From an uncultured Candidatus Saccharibacteria bacterium (GTDB lineage Bacteria > Patescibacteriota > Minisyncoccia > UBA6257 > 1-14-0-10-44-23), in the NCBI GenBank assembly GCA_964549935.1, contig CAZJVT010000001.1, positions 283,922-347,921 on the forward strand: a stretch of 64,000 nt of DNA. Direction: 5' to 3'. Within the stretch, counting starts at the first letter, position 1, and every line of letters begins with the position of its first letter. Below are positions 35,348 to 44,401 of this stretch, piece after piece. The position numbers were made by a program, and so were the translations under genes. The notes beneath the pieces were generated by a model, which was given only the letters and a program-made list of their open reading frames with translations, had not been told where the DNA came from and ran no database searches.

Positions 35348-36268
35348 ATGCTGGGCTTTATGGATACTCAATTAGGTACAGTTGCAGGGGAGGTTCCTCG
35401 AGGCTCCTTCCAGCTAAAAGGCTTTAAGGCCAGTAAGGTAGTCGTTAAGGAGTCCTGGGCTGTTTTACAGAAAGACAAGGAGATTATGGGCTTTACGGTC
35501 CTTTCTGCTATCTGTACATTGCTGGCTCTTACGGTAATGGCTATTTTGTATTATTTTTTGATTTTGCATGGAAGCAGCACGGCGTTTTACTACGACAAAA
35601 CTCAACACGTAAACGTTTTCATTCAGTACGGGACGCTGCTCATGTATTACGTCGTTATCTACTTCATTACCAATTTCTTCCAGGCAGGGCTTTTTACTAT
35701 CGTCCAGGGGCGCTTCGAAGGAAAAGATTTGAATTTCAACGATGGATTAGCCGGTGCAAAAAAGAATCTGGCAAAAATCTTTTTGTGGTCGCTCATTGCG
35801 GCGACGGTTGGTATGATTTTGCAAATTATCTCCGACAAGGCGAAGATAGTCGGGAAAATCGTGTCGTCGCTGCTTGGTGCCGCCTGGAACATTTTGACTT
35901 ACTTTAGTTTGCCGGCGCTCGTTATCGGTAATTCAAGTGTTAAGGAGTCATTTAAAACCTCCGCCGCGATGATTCGGAAAACGTGGGGAGAGGCGATTAT
36001 CGTTAATTTCGGTGTCGGGACTGTCTTCGGCCTGATAGCTTTTGCGGTTATCGCTTTCTCCGTCGGCGTTATCGTTCTTTTGCCGTCGATGTTTACTAGT
36101 ATCGCAGTCGGTGCATTTCTCGCCATTGCGCTCGTTGTCCTCATCGTTATCTCCTCGACACTTAGTGCGATTTTCAAGTTAGCACTGTTTAATTACGCGC
36201 GTACCGGTCAGGTGCCGTCAGTGTTTTCTGCAGACCTCGTCAAAGCAGCAATCAAAGTAAAACCCTAG
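35348..36268 (+). CDS. hypothetical polytopic membrane protein
   Basis: 306 aa with 6-7 TM helices and no recognisable catalytic motif. Confidence 0.55.
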   Translation: MLGFMDTQLGTVAGEVPRGSFQLKGFKASKVVVKESWAVLQKDKEIMGFTVLSAICTLLALTVMAILYYFLILHGSSTAFYYDKTQHVNVFIQYGTLLMYYVVIYFITNFFQAGLFTIVQGRFEGKDLNFNDGLAGAKKNLAKIFLWSLIAATVGMILQIISDKAKIVGKIVSSLLGAAWNILTYFSLPALVIGNSSVKESFKTSAAMIRKTWGEAIIVNFGVGTVFGLIAFAVIAFSVGVIVLLPSMFTSIAVGAFLAIALVVLIVISSTLSAIFKLALFNYARTGQVPSVFSADLVKAAIKVKP

Positions 36269-36283
36269 AGTGTCTATTCTCTA

Positions 36284-36306
36284 ATTCGCGCGAATAGGTA
36301 AATGAG
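36284..36306. promoter_or_regulatory. palindromic site ATTCGCGCGAAT followed by AGGTAAATG (candidate operator)
   Basis: A perfect 12-bp palindrome. A 22-nt stretch is shared with the site at 35285-35306 with one mismatch. Confidence 0.45.
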
Positions 36307-36309
36307 TGT

Positions 36310-36543
36310 ATGGATTCAAAAGCACGACCGCATCCCAATGACCCGCTGCACGGCAAGACACTCCAATCAATCTTAGAGTTTTTAGTCGAGCGCTACGGAT
36401 TCCCGGAGCTCGGCGCCCGGATTAAAATCAACTGCTTTTTAAAAGACCCGAGTATCAAGTCGAGCCTGACATTTCTGCGCAAAACTCCCTGGGCCCGCGA
36501 GAAGGTGGAGCTTTTGTACGTTCGAACGATTGGGGGATTTTAG
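36310..36543 (+). CDS. VF530/DUF2132 family small DNA-binding (4-helix) protein
   Basis: [60 protein letters not shown] matches the DUF2132 pattern as recalled. Confidence 0.7.
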   Translation: MDSKARPHPNDPLHGKTLQSILEFLVERYGFPELGARIKINCFLKDPSIKSSLTFLRKTPWAREKVELLYVRTIGGF

Positions 36544-37430
36544 ACCACTGCCGGTGTCTTTTTTAGTTTCAGCTGATCGGTCAGCAGGAAGACTCCGAAA
36601 ACCATTGGAATGAGTGATGCGAGCTGCCAAGCATTGGGAGTTTGATGAAGCAGGAGCCAGGCAAAGATAAGCGTGAAGAGCGGCGAGACGCTTGAGAGCG
36701 CTAGAGCTTTGGTTACGGCAATGCGGTGAATTCCTTCGAGCCACATAATTTTTGATACGCCGAAGATGATTGCTCCGTTAATAAGCAGGAAGAGAAGCGA
36801 GGAACGAACATCGGCAAATGACGTGTGTTGTCCAAGAATCGCGCTTAGTCCAAAAACAATAGGGAAGGTCAGGATGCTACGAGCGAATAAAATAGTTTCG
36901 CTTGAGGCAATTTTACGGGCTTTCTGCTGCGCGGAGTTGCCCATTGGAGTAAAAAAGGTAGCAGCAAGGATAAGAATGTCGCCAACATTAAAGTGCGTAA
37001 AGTTTGGCCAGAGCACGATCAGTGCGCCTAATACCATGAGGCCTGCACCCAGCGTATGTTCTTTCGAAACATGATCTTTGCGTATGATATGAAAAAATAT
37101 GAATGAAGTTAAGATTTCGAAAAGAGCAACGATGCTTGAGTTGCCGGCGGTTGTTTTAGTTAGCCCGACAAAAACTAACCCGTAGTACATCAGGCCGTTA
37201 AAGAAAGCGATTGCGAGAGCGTATTTCCAAAGTTGTAGATTTGCGAGTTCTTTTACTTTTTTCCTTAATAGCACAATGATGCCGAAGAAGATGGCGGCGA
37301 AAACAATGCTCCACGAAAGTGAGGCTAGGCCGGAGAGCTTGGCATAGGTCAAAATTGTGACGATAGGGAAGAAGCCCCAGATAAATGTTTGGGCGAGGAT
37401 TATCGATTCGCCTTTGCGTTGCTCGGTCAT
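36540..37430 (-). CDS. EamA/DMT-family transporter (10 TM helices)
   Basis: Two EamA-like repeats. It overlaps the DUF2132 gene by 4 nt on the opposite strand. Confidence 0.8.
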   Translation of the reverse strand: MTEQRKGESIILAQTFIWGFFPIVTILTYAKLSGLASLSWSIVFAAIFFGIIVLLRKKVKELANLQLWKYALAIAFFNGLMYYGLVFVGLTKTTAGNSSIVALFEILTSFIFFHIIRKDHVSKEHTLGAGLMVLGALIVLWPNFTHFNVGDILILAATFFTPMGNSAQQKARKIASSETILFARSILTFPIVFGLSAILGQHTSFADVRSSLLFLLINGAIIFGVSKIMWLEGIHRIAVTKALALSSVSPLFTLIFAWLLLHQTPNAWQLASLIPMVFGVFLLTDQLKLKKTPAVV

Positions 37431-37432
37431 AA

Positions 37433-37588
37433 TTACTTTTTCCAGTCGCGGATGATAATTTTCTTGCCGTCGAGGGTGACAACCAGTTTCTGCTTTTCGC
37501 GCAGCTTAAGCTCCTGGACGATTTCAGCGGGGATCACAACAGCAAAGCTACGCTTCGCCACGCGGGTTACTTTGCGAATGTATTTCAT
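37433..37588 (-). CDS. AbrB/MazE/SpoVT-type small DNA-binding protein (51 aa)
   Basis: Not in the ORF track. MKYIRKVTRVAKRSFAVVIPAEIVQELKLREKQKLVVTLDGKKIIIRDWKK has a swapped-hairpin barrel signature. It ends 2 nt before the EamA start. Confidence 0.55.
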   Translation of the reverse strand: MKYIRKVTRVAKRSFAVVIPAEIVQELKLREKQKLVVTLDGKKIIIRDWKK

Positions 37589-37600
37589 GCATATAGTATG

Positions 37601-37650
37601 TTACTTATTTTGTTACGTAACAAGGTAAGTAACATGTTACGTAGCAACTA
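37601..37650. promoter_or_regulatory. tandem palindromic operators TGTTACGTAACA and TGTTACGTAGCAA, flanked by TTACTTA/TAAGTAA
   Basis: Their centres are 22 bp apart, in the divergent region between the AbrB-like gene and the tRNA-Gln promoter. Confidence 0.5.
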
Positions 37651-37657
37651 TGATTTG

Positions 37658-37686
37658 TTGCCAAATAGCCTAAAAATCGCTAGAAT
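37658..37686 (+). promoter_or_regulatory. tRNA promoter TTGCCA-17-TAGAAT
   Basis: The -10 ends 12 nt before the tRNA 5' end. Confidence 0.5.
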
Positions 37687-37698
37687 TGCGAAACCTAC

Positions 37699-37769
37699 TG
37701 GGGGATCGTCTAATGGTAGGACACGGCCCTTTGAAGGCTGGCATCTAGGTTCGATTCCTAGTCCCCCAA
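37699..37769 (+). tRNA. tRNA-Gln (anticodon UUG)
   Basis: A cloverleaf was traced by hand: a 7-bp acceptor stem (TGGGGGA/TCCCCCA), a D-arm, the anticodon loop CTTTGAA, a 4-nt variable loop, the T-loop TTCGATT and the discriminator A. There is no encoded CCA. Confidence 0.9.
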
Positions 37770-37833
37770 CAAATGAAATTCAGGACTCTCAAAAAAGTCA
37801 TTTTGGGTTATACTCAAGTTATTCAAAACGAAT

Positions 37834-38772
37834 ATGTCTAAACCCACAATCCTTATAACTGATACTCTGTTTATCCTGCCTGAGCATGAAAAAATGCTGC
37901 GCGATGCAGGTTACGAGCTTGAACGTTTGCCTACGCCTACGGCCTCGGAGGAGGAATTAATCAAGCACATTAAAGGGAAAGTCGGCTATGTCCTTGGCGG
38001 TATAGAAAAAGTGACCGATAAAGTTATCGAGGCCGCCGATGAACTAAAGGCTATTGCTTTCACGGGGGCCGATTGGCGGGCGATAATGCCGGGTTATGCC
38101 AAAGCGACAGAGCGCGGTATCGCTATCGCCAATACTCCGGGTGCGAATGCAGATGCAGTTGCCGAATATACCATCGCGCTTATCCTTGCTATGGTCCGAG
38201 ATGTTTTTGAGGCTGGACGAACTGGCATAAAAAAGTTTGAGACGACTCCCTCGCTCAATCAGCTAACGGTTGGAATTTTTGGTATGGGTAGAATCGGCGG
38301 TAAAGTCGCCCGTATTTTAAAGGCATTAGGCACAAAAGAAATACTCTATTTCAGCCGTGAGCAAAAGCAAGATGTTGAAAAAGTAACTGGGGCTAAGTTT
38401 GTAAGTATTGATGAACTTCTTTCCCGAAGTGATGTCGTAACTCTGCACGCCTCCAAAGAAGCCGGGGCGGGCTATATAGGCAAAAACGAACTCGCGAAAA
38501 TGAAAAATGGAGCAATTCTTATTAACTGCGGTTTTACCGGTAGTGCAGACAACAGCGCGCTCTACGATGAACTAAAATCCGGACGGCTACGCGCTGCACA
38601 AGATGATCCTATTGATGAGCGGTTTAACACCCTGCCCCTATTCAACTGGTTCAGCTCTAATTCGCATCGGGCCTACAACACATTTGAAGCTGCCAAAACT
38701 GCAAGCGACATGTCTACGCAGTCGCTATTGAACATGTTGGCAACAGGAAAAGATCAGTATCGGGTTAACTGA
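37834..38772 (+). CDS. D-isomer-specific 2-hydroxyacid dehydrogenase family protein (NAD-binding)
   Basis: GIFGMGRIGGKVARIL Rossmann motif, and a catalytic domain with ...HAS.E.., typical of PGDH/GHPR-like enzymes. Confidence 0.8.
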   Translation: MSKPTILITDTLFILPEHEKMLRDAGYELERLPTPTASEEELIKHIKGKVGYVLGGIEKVTDKVIEAADELKAIAFTGADWRAIMPGYAKATERGIAIANTPGANADAVAEYTIALILAMVRDVFEAGRTGIKKFETTPSLNQLTVGIFGMGRIGGKVARILKALGTKEILYFSREQKQDVEKVTGAKFVSIDELLSRSDVVTLHASKEAGAGYIGKNELAKMKNGAILINCGFTGSADNSALYDELKSGRLRAAQDDPIDERFNTLPLFNWFSSNSHRAYNTFEAAKTASDMSTQSLLNMLATGKDQYRVN

Positions 38773-38795
38773 TCAGCTGCTATTGCTATAAGCCT

Positions 38796-39614
38796 ATGAA
38801 ATTAAGCATATACAAACTTTTTTCAGTCGTAGCTATTTTGCTGATACTCGTTTCTGCGCTCGGTATTGGGAGTAATTATTTGTGTACGAATGAATTTAAT
38901 CACCTCGGCTGTCCACTGGCCTCCTTGCTCTATTCTCCGTTTGGTCACGAAGCAGGCAGCGGCGTTGCGGTGGCAATTATCGGATTTATAACCTATCTGA
39001 TGGTTGGAGTCATTGGGCTGGCGATGCTGCTGATTGTTTGGGCGGCAGGAACGAAAAAGCAGGAGCTGCGTCCTCGTCCGAAAACGTTGCTTTTGTCCGC
39101 GGCTCTTATACTAATCATTCTTTTTGGGACGATCGCGTATCAGCGAGTATACGAAGCTGTCGTTGTCCCGCGGCTGATTGAGCAGCGTTTCCAAGAAGTT
39201 ACCGGCACAACTCCGGAGCAGGCCCAGAGTGTGAGTTGCCCGGGTGGATTGCTTGGAGTTGCTCTCGTTCGGTATCCGTCTTGTCCGGAGTGTGATAAAG
39301 CAGAAGATTTTCTCACCACAATTAATCTTGGCGAGCGTTTAAAAATATTTAACCTTGCATCTCCCGAGGCGCTGCCCGACCCCTATTCAGGCAACTTCAA
39401 CACCTTGGCAGATGTATTATTTTCTCGTATTGCGTCGCTGTATCAGGCGCAGGCGAAGCGTTCCATCTATCACGAGCCCGGCAGCAGCTTCCGTGCTGAT
39501 ACGGAAACTTCAGGAGTAATGGTTTCAGCCTGTAAAACGGATATACTTTTTGATTTTACTAATAAATCGTTTGACGCTGCGCCGGTACAGTCGGAAATTG
39601 GCAGAGCGTTGTAG
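38796..39614 (+). CDS. hypothetical membrane protein with Cys-containing extracytoplasmic domain
   Basis: Four TM helices, then a C-terminal soluble region containing CPGG..CPEC. Confidence 0.45.
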   Translation: MKLSIYKLFSVVAILLILVSALGIGSNYLCTNEFNHLGCPLASLLYSPFGHEAGSGVAVAIIGFITYLMVGVIGLAMLLIVWAAGTKKQELRPRPKTLLLSAALILIILFGTIAYQRVYEAVVVPRLIEQRFQEVTGTTPEQAQSVSCPGGLLGVALVRYPSCPECDKAEDFLTTINLGERLKIFNLASPEALPDPYSGNFNTLADVLFSRIASLYQAQAKRSIYHEPGSSFRADTETSGVMVSACKTDILFDFTNKSFDAAPVQSEIGRAL

Positions 39615-39670
39615 TTCCAACAAAATCAGTAATAAAAAGTCCAGAAGCGCGGCTACGTTTATACAAAAAG

Positions 39671-40273
39671 ATGCGGAAAATAATTACTACAACTTTTGTA
39701 ACTCTCGACGGAGTGATGCAGGCTCCGGGCGGAACAGAGGAGGATACCTCCGGCGGGTTTGCTTATGGCGGCTGGCAGATGTCCTTTCCTCCGGACGAGA
39801 AGCTGCTTTCTATTTTGATGGGATTTATGAGTGCCCCATTTGAGCTACTGCTTGGCAGGGTTACTTACGATATCTTTGCTGCGTACTGGCCGAAGGCAAA
39901 AACCGACCTGGAGGTCGCGGAGCCATTTAATCGTACAAAAAAGTACGTTGTGTCGCATACCTCTTTTGCGCCCGAGTGGCATAACTCATTTTGCGTTACG
40001 GGCGATGTTGTATCGCAGCTTAAAAAGCTCAAAGAGGAGGAGGGTCCTGACCTGTGGGTCTACGGCAGCGGCAATCTCATTCAGACCCTGCTCAAGCACC
40101 ATTTAGTAGACAGGATGCACCTCTGGATTCACCCGATCACCATCGGGGCGGGTAAAAAGCTTTTCGCGGAGGGGACCCAGCCGGAGAACTTCAAACTTGT
40201 TGATGCCAAGATCGGCGAGACCGGCCTCATTCTGGCTACCTATGAGCCGGCCGGTCCGCTAAAAATCGGATAG
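39671..40273 (+). CDS. dihydrofolate reductase family protein (RibD C-terminal domain-like)
   Basis: MRKIITTTFVTLDGVMQAPGG...LLLGRVTYDIFAAYW...YVVSHT...LWVYGSGNLIQTLL. Confidence 0.75.
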   Translation: MRKIITTTFVTLDGVMQAPGGTEEDTSGGFAYGGWQMSFPPDEKLLSILMGFMSAPFELLLGRVTYDIFAAYWPKAKTDLEVAEPFNRTKKYVVSHTSFAPEWHNSFCVTGDVVSQLKKLKEEEGPDLWVYGSGNLIQTLLKHHLVDRMHLWIHPITIGAGKKLFAEGTQPENFKLVDAKIGETGLILATYEPAGPLKIG

Positions 40274-40285
40274 TGCTTTATTGGA

Positions 40286-40621
40286 GTGCCTTTAGGGCGC
40301 TATACTAAACAAATGAAATCCAACCCCGTCGTACAGAGCCTTGGTCACGCGCTACTCGCTTTTGTCTACATCCTGCTCGTTGCTTTTGTAATGCATAACG
40401 GAGAGCAGGTTTTTGGACATGACGACAAGATTTGGGGGACTATCGCGGTCTTAACGTTGTTTGTTTTGTCGGCCTCGGTGATGGGCGCGCTCGTGCTTGG
40501 TCGGCCAATCTTGCTCTACTTAGACGGACACAAAACCGCCGCGGTTAAGTTTTTCGGCTACACGCTGGGCTGGATGGTTGTCATCCTCGCGATCATTTTT
40601 GTCTCGCAGGCCTGGCGATAG
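40286..40621 (+). CDS. small membrane protein (3 TM)
   Basis: Hydrophobic. Start uncertain (40286 or 40313). Confidence 0.4.
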   Translation: MPLGRYTKQMKSNPVVQSLGHALLAFVYILLVAFVMHNGEQVFGHDDKIWGTIAVLTLFVLSASVMGALVLGRPILLYLDGHKTAAVKFFGYTLGWMVVILAIIFVSQAWR

Positions 40622-40626
40622 TTTCG

Positions 40627-41217
40627 GTGTGCATAAGTAGTAGGTGCGTATTTTTCTGTGCGTGCTACAGTAAAAGTATTATGGAAATGTTACTTTTTGT
40701 GCTCGCTTGGCCGCTGCTGATTTTCTTTATCGGCTTTCTCGTAATAGCGTTCTACGGAGCGTTTATTACTGCCGGTGCGGCCCTGACCAGCCAGGTTCTC
40801 GGTTTACCGATAGTTATTATCATTTTGCTTTACGTCGTGGCGCGTTCGCAGCAGAAAACTGCTAAGCAAACGCCGATTATGCAATCGCAGATTGCGCAAT
40901 CGTTTGTTGTCTCACTTTCAGTTGGTCTGCTCGTTCCGCTTTTTGTCCACGAATTGCTTCGTGCCTCGGGAAAGAATCTCGCGTCAATGATCGTGGCTTT
41001 GCTTTTTGGCTTCGGTTTGATGGCTTGGGGAATGTTTATGAAAGATAACTCGACGCTACGCCGGGCGAATCTTATCGGCAGCGTTCTCACAATTATCTAC
41101 TGCTATACGCAGCTTTGGCAGTTGCCGGTGCCGTCGGCGAAGGTCATCGCTTCGGCCATCGGACTCGTTGCGGCGATCACTATCGGTATTATTCGCTTTA
41201 AAGATAAATTGATATAA
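40627..41217 (+). CDS. membrane protein (5-6 TM)
   Basis: Hydrophobic. The likely start is at MEML (40681). Confidence 0.4.
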   Translation: MCISSRCVFFCACYSKSIMEMLLFVLAWPLLIFFIGFLVIAFYGAFITAGAALTSQVLGLPIVIIILLYVVARSQQKTAKQTPIMQSQIAQSFVVSLSVGLLVPLFVHELLRASGKNLASMIVALLFGFGLMAWGMFMKDNSTLRRANLIGSVLTIIYCYTQLWQLPVPSAKVIASAIGLVAAITIGIIRFKDKLI

Positions 41218-41221
41218 ACCT

Positions 41222-41647
41222 ATGAAGCCTAACTACACAAAAATCTTCTTCGGCGTTATCGTTTTTCTTTTTAGCACTGCTTTGGCTTACTTCAGCGCAG
41301 ATTACTTTACGGGTGGCCAGGTGCTTTTCTCGGGAGCGGCTGTCACCGCCGGTCAGACGACGAGCCCGGGGTTTGTCATGTTTATCTTCGGCTTGATTTA
41401 CGCGGTTGCCGGTGTGCTCTTAGTCAGAGTCATTCCAGTGAGCTTGGGTATATTGCTTGCGGCGGACGTTACGCTGCTTGATGCTCTTGCGCGCAACTAC
41501 GACAGCATCGAGGGAATGTATCGTGTCGGACTGATTGGGCTGGTCATCGTCTTTGTGTATCTCTTCGCCTGGTTTAGGTGTAAGGATTCGATGCTTAGCG
41601 GCGGGACAACTGAAACCATAGTGTTCGAAGCTCCGAAAACTTCATAG
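41222..41647 (+). CDS. membrane protein (4 TM)
   Basis: Hydrophobic 141-aa ORF, followed by a terminator. Confidence 0.45.
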   Translation: MKPNYTKIFFGVIVFLFSTALAYFSADYFTGGQVLFSGAAVTAGQTTSPGFVMFIFGLIYAVAGVLLVRVIPVSLGILLAADVTLLDALARNYDSIEGMYRVGLIGLVIVFVYLFAWFRCKDSMLSGGTTETIVFEAPKTS

Positions 41648-41662
41648 TAAACAAGCTAAAAG

Positions 41663-41686
41663 ACGCCCGCGGGCGTCTTTTAGCTT
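41663..41686. terminator. bidirectional terminator AAAAGACGCCCGCGGGCGTCTTTT
   Basis: A perfect palindromic hairpin with A4/T4 flanks, between convergent genes. Confidence 0.7.
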
Positions 41687-41694
41687 TGGGCTCT

Positions 41695-41727
41695 ACTTCA
41701 GGTGCTCTATAAGAGCAACTTCAAGGG
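41695..41727 (-). other. duplicate (32 of 33 nt) of the last codons of dnaX, lying in the dnaX 3' flank
   Basis: cttcaggtgctctataagagcaacttcaagggg matches 41783-41815, which lies inside dnaX and encodes PLEVALIEHLK. The downstream copy reads ...SIPLEVALIEHLK* in a GC-rich context. The element contains the hairpin GTTGCTCT-TAT-AGAGCAC, flanked by TTGAAG direct repeats. Confidence 0.5.
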
Positions 41728-41771
41728 GTATGCTCGGCCGCGAGGGGGTACGCGGCACTCCTATCCTCTTT

Positions 41772-42884
41772 TTATGAGTTGCTCTTCAAGTGCTCTATAA
41801 GAGCAACTTCAAGGGGGATAGTCGCAAACGGAGAGTATCGCATCTGGGAGTAGGCCACGATCAGGGCTTTAATGAGCGGGATGTGCTTTTTGTCATCTAG
41901 TTTGCCGGCGTGGACTTTGAGGCCGTCCATTTCTTTGGTCGTCAGTTCGCGCTTAAAGAAGTTTTCCAGATCGGGGTTGTATTTGAGCGTGAGGGCGCGG
42001 CGGAGGTAGTGGATTAACTCTTTGGTTAAATCCACGACGTTGTGCCCGCCAGTTGCGAGTTCGTTTAAATAAGCGAGTGAGCCTTTCAAATCATTGGCGA
42101 TGATTTTTTCGGCCAGGGTAATGACGCGGGTGTAGCCGACGGTGCCCAGGTGCTGCTCGACAGTCGCGAGCGTAACTTTTTCGGCTAGCGCCGTAATTTG
42201 AGTCAGCAAACTTTCGGCGTCACGGAAGCTGCCTTCGGCCATCGCAGCGATGAGCTCCACGGCGTCGTCATCAATCTTAAACTTTTCGGCTTTCACGATC
42301 GTCTTTAATTTGCCGATGATGATATCGAGCGGCAGTTTACGGAAGTGGAAGCGCTGCGCGCGGCTGGCGATAGTTGCCGGGACCTTATCGAACTCCGTCG
42401 TCGCCAAAATAAACAACACGTGTGCCGGCGGCTCCTCGAGCGTCTTCAGTAGTGCATTAAAGGCACCCTTACTAAGCATATGGACCTCGTCGAAGATAAT
42501 TACTTTGCGCGGGTAGCTCGACGGGGCGAGGCGGACGCCTTCGATAATATCGCGGACGTTGTCGACACCGGTGTTGCTCGCGGCGTCGATTTCTATAACG
42601 TCTACGCCACGACCGGCATCAATTTCTTCACAAGCCCGGCACTTGTTACACGGCTCGCCGGTTGCGGCAAACTTTTTATCATCGCGGCGGGTTAAGCAGC
42701 AGGCGAGTTTGGCAAGTAATCTGGCGGCGGTTGTTTTGCCGCTGCCGCGCGGACCAAAAAATAAATAAGCGTGGCCGAGCTTGTTGGTCGCGGCGGCACT
42801 TTTTAAAACATTAGTAACCTGTTCCTGTCCGAGAAGTTCGTCTAAGGTCTTGGGGCGGTATTTGCGGTAAAGGGCTAAGGACAT
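41772..42884 (-). CDS. dnaX: DNA polymerase III subunit gamma/tau, short form (domains I-III only)
   Basis: Walker A GPRGSGKTT, the Zn module CCLTRRDDKKFAATGEPCNKCRAC, DEVHML, and the sensor-2 region. The ORF stops at 370 aa and has no tau C-terminal domains. Confidence 0.9.
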   Translation of the reverse strand: MSLALYRKYRPKTLDELLGQEQVTNVLKSAAATNKLGHAYLFFGPRGSGKTTAARLLAKLACCLTRRDDKKFAATGEPCNKCRACEEIDAGRGVDVIEIDAASNTGVDNVRDIIEGVRLAPSSYPRKVIIFDEVHMLSKGAFNALLKTLEEPPAHVLFILATTEFDKVPATIASRAQRFHFRKLPLDIIIGKLKTIVKAEKFKIDDDAVELIAAMAEGSFRDAESLLTQITALAEKVTLATVEQHLGTVGYTRVITLAEKIIANDLKGSLAYLNELATGGHNVVDLTKELIHYLRRALTLKYNPDLENFFKRELTTKEMDGLKVHAGKLDDKKHIPLIKALIVAYSQMRYSPFATIPLEVALIEHLKSNS

Positions 42885-43078
42885 AAATAGTTACTTGGTT
42901 ACTTAGTTAGTTGGTTGCTTGGCGAAAAGCGGATAGAGAGAAGGCAAATTTCACTCTAAGCTTATCGCGTGTGAGACATAAAAACAACTAGTTTATCGTT
43001 CTCCACATTTACTTGGCCAGGGAGGGCGAGCTAAATGTTGCAAAACAGTCTACAATAGAAGGAGCGACTGTACGCATT

Positions 43079-44386
43079 ATGAAGAAATTTAAGCGCACGG
43101 CGGTTTTTATGCTGGTAACGGCAATCGTGGTGATTGGTACCGGTATATTTTTGTTGACCTTTCCGGCCGCGAGCTCGACATTTTTAGGTTCTGTAGCGCC
43201 GGTTCTTGAGCCAGTCAAAATTGACATCAACGCCGACATTAAACCACAGCAGCCGCTAGCCAATCCGCCGCATCCGATTAAGGCGCTTTACTTAACCTCG
43301 TGGTCCGCGGGAGGTCCGGCGGCTGTCGCTCGCGTTATTAATCTCATTCAAACGACGGAGCTTAACGCCGTTGTCGTCGATATCAAAGACTATACGGGGA
43401 AAATCAGTTACAAGCCGGACATTGCCGAAATTGTGCAGCGCGGCGCGTATGAACCGCGAATTCCAAAAATTAATACACTTATCAAACAACTGCATGACGC
43501 CGGCGCGTACGTGATTGCGCGTATCGCTGTATTCCAGGATCCGGAGTTAGTAAAGGCGCGGCCCGAGTTTGCGCTCAAGAGCAAAAAGACGGGCGAGCCG
43601 TGGGCGGATAAAAAAGGTATTCACTGGCTGGATGCCGCGGCGCCGGCGGTTTGGGATTACAATATCGCAATTGCGAAAGACGCGCTGCAGCGGGGATTTG
43701 ATGAAGTGAACTTTGATTACATCCGTTTTCCGACGGACGGCGATTTGAAAGATATTCAGTACGCATTTTACGATCCACTCAAAGAGCAGAAGCACGAGGT
43801 GATTCGCGACTTCTTAAAACATGTTCGCAGCGAGTTGCCGTACGCGAAAATCTCCGTCGACATTTTTGGCGAAACAGTGGTTTTTGGGCAGGATTCCGGT
43901 ATCGGGCAGAAGTTTGAAGACTCGCTTTTGTATGTCGATGCTGTTGCGCCGATGATTTATCCGTCGCATTTTTCCACCGGCTTTTTAGGATTTAAAAATC
44001 CTGCCGAGAATCCAAAGGCGGTGATTTCGTATGCGATGACGCGGGCATTTTTACTGCTCAAAAAATTCCAGCTGGAGCAATTAGGTACAATGACAAAAAA
44101 ACCGGCAGGTAATGCTTTACCGGAGGCGAAAGCGGCCGAGCTTGCGCAGCCACCTTCGTTCGCCGAATTACGTCCGTGGCTACAAGACTTTAACTTGGGT
44201 GCGACGTATGATGCCGCTAAGGTCCGGGCCCAGATTGATGCCGTTAACGCCGCTGCTCGTGTAGCGGTTGGCTGTAAGGATGCCGCCTTAGAGTGTCCGG
44301 GTGCCGAGATCGGATGGATGTTGTGGAATGCCGGGAGTGGTTATAATACGAAGGGGGCGTTGCTTCCGGAAGACAATAAACAGTAA
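43079..44386 (+). CDS. putative secreted glycoside-hydrolase-like protein (DUF4015/GHL-type TIM barrel)
   Basis: N-terminal TM anchor, then LNAVVVDIKDYTGKISY... typical of DUF4015-like domains as recalled. The track start at 43013 lacks support, so the ATG at 43079 is preferred. Confidence 0.6.
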   Translation: MKKFKRTAVFMLVTAIVVIGTGIFLLTFPAASSTFLGSVAPVLEPVKIDINADIKPQQPLANPPHPIKALYLTSWSAGGPAAVARVINLIQTTELNAVVVDIKDYTGKISYKPDIAEIVQRGAYEPRIPKINTLIKQLHDAGAYVIARIAVFQDPELVKARPEFALKSKKTGEPWADKKGIHWLDAAAPAVWDYNIAIAKDALQRGFDEVNFDYIRFPTDGDLKDIQYAFYDPLKEQKHEVIRDFLKHVRSELPYAKISVDIFGETVVFGQDSGIGQKFEDSLLYVDAVAPMIYPSHFSTGFLGFKNPAENPKAVISYAMTRAFLLLKKFQLEQLGTMTKKPAGNALPEAKAAELAQPPSFAELRPWLQDFNLGATYDAAKVRAQIDAVNAAARVAVGCKDAALECPGAEIGWMLWNAGSGYNTKGALLPEDNKQ

Positions 44387-44401
44387 AGTATAAACAAGAC
44401 A

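Noticed and set aside
41695-41815. Two 33-bp direct repeats with a ~55-bp spacer considered as a minimal CRISPR array
   Set aside because: There are only two copies, one of which is the coding 3' end of dnaX. There are no cas genes or leader. It is better explained as a 3'-end duplication.
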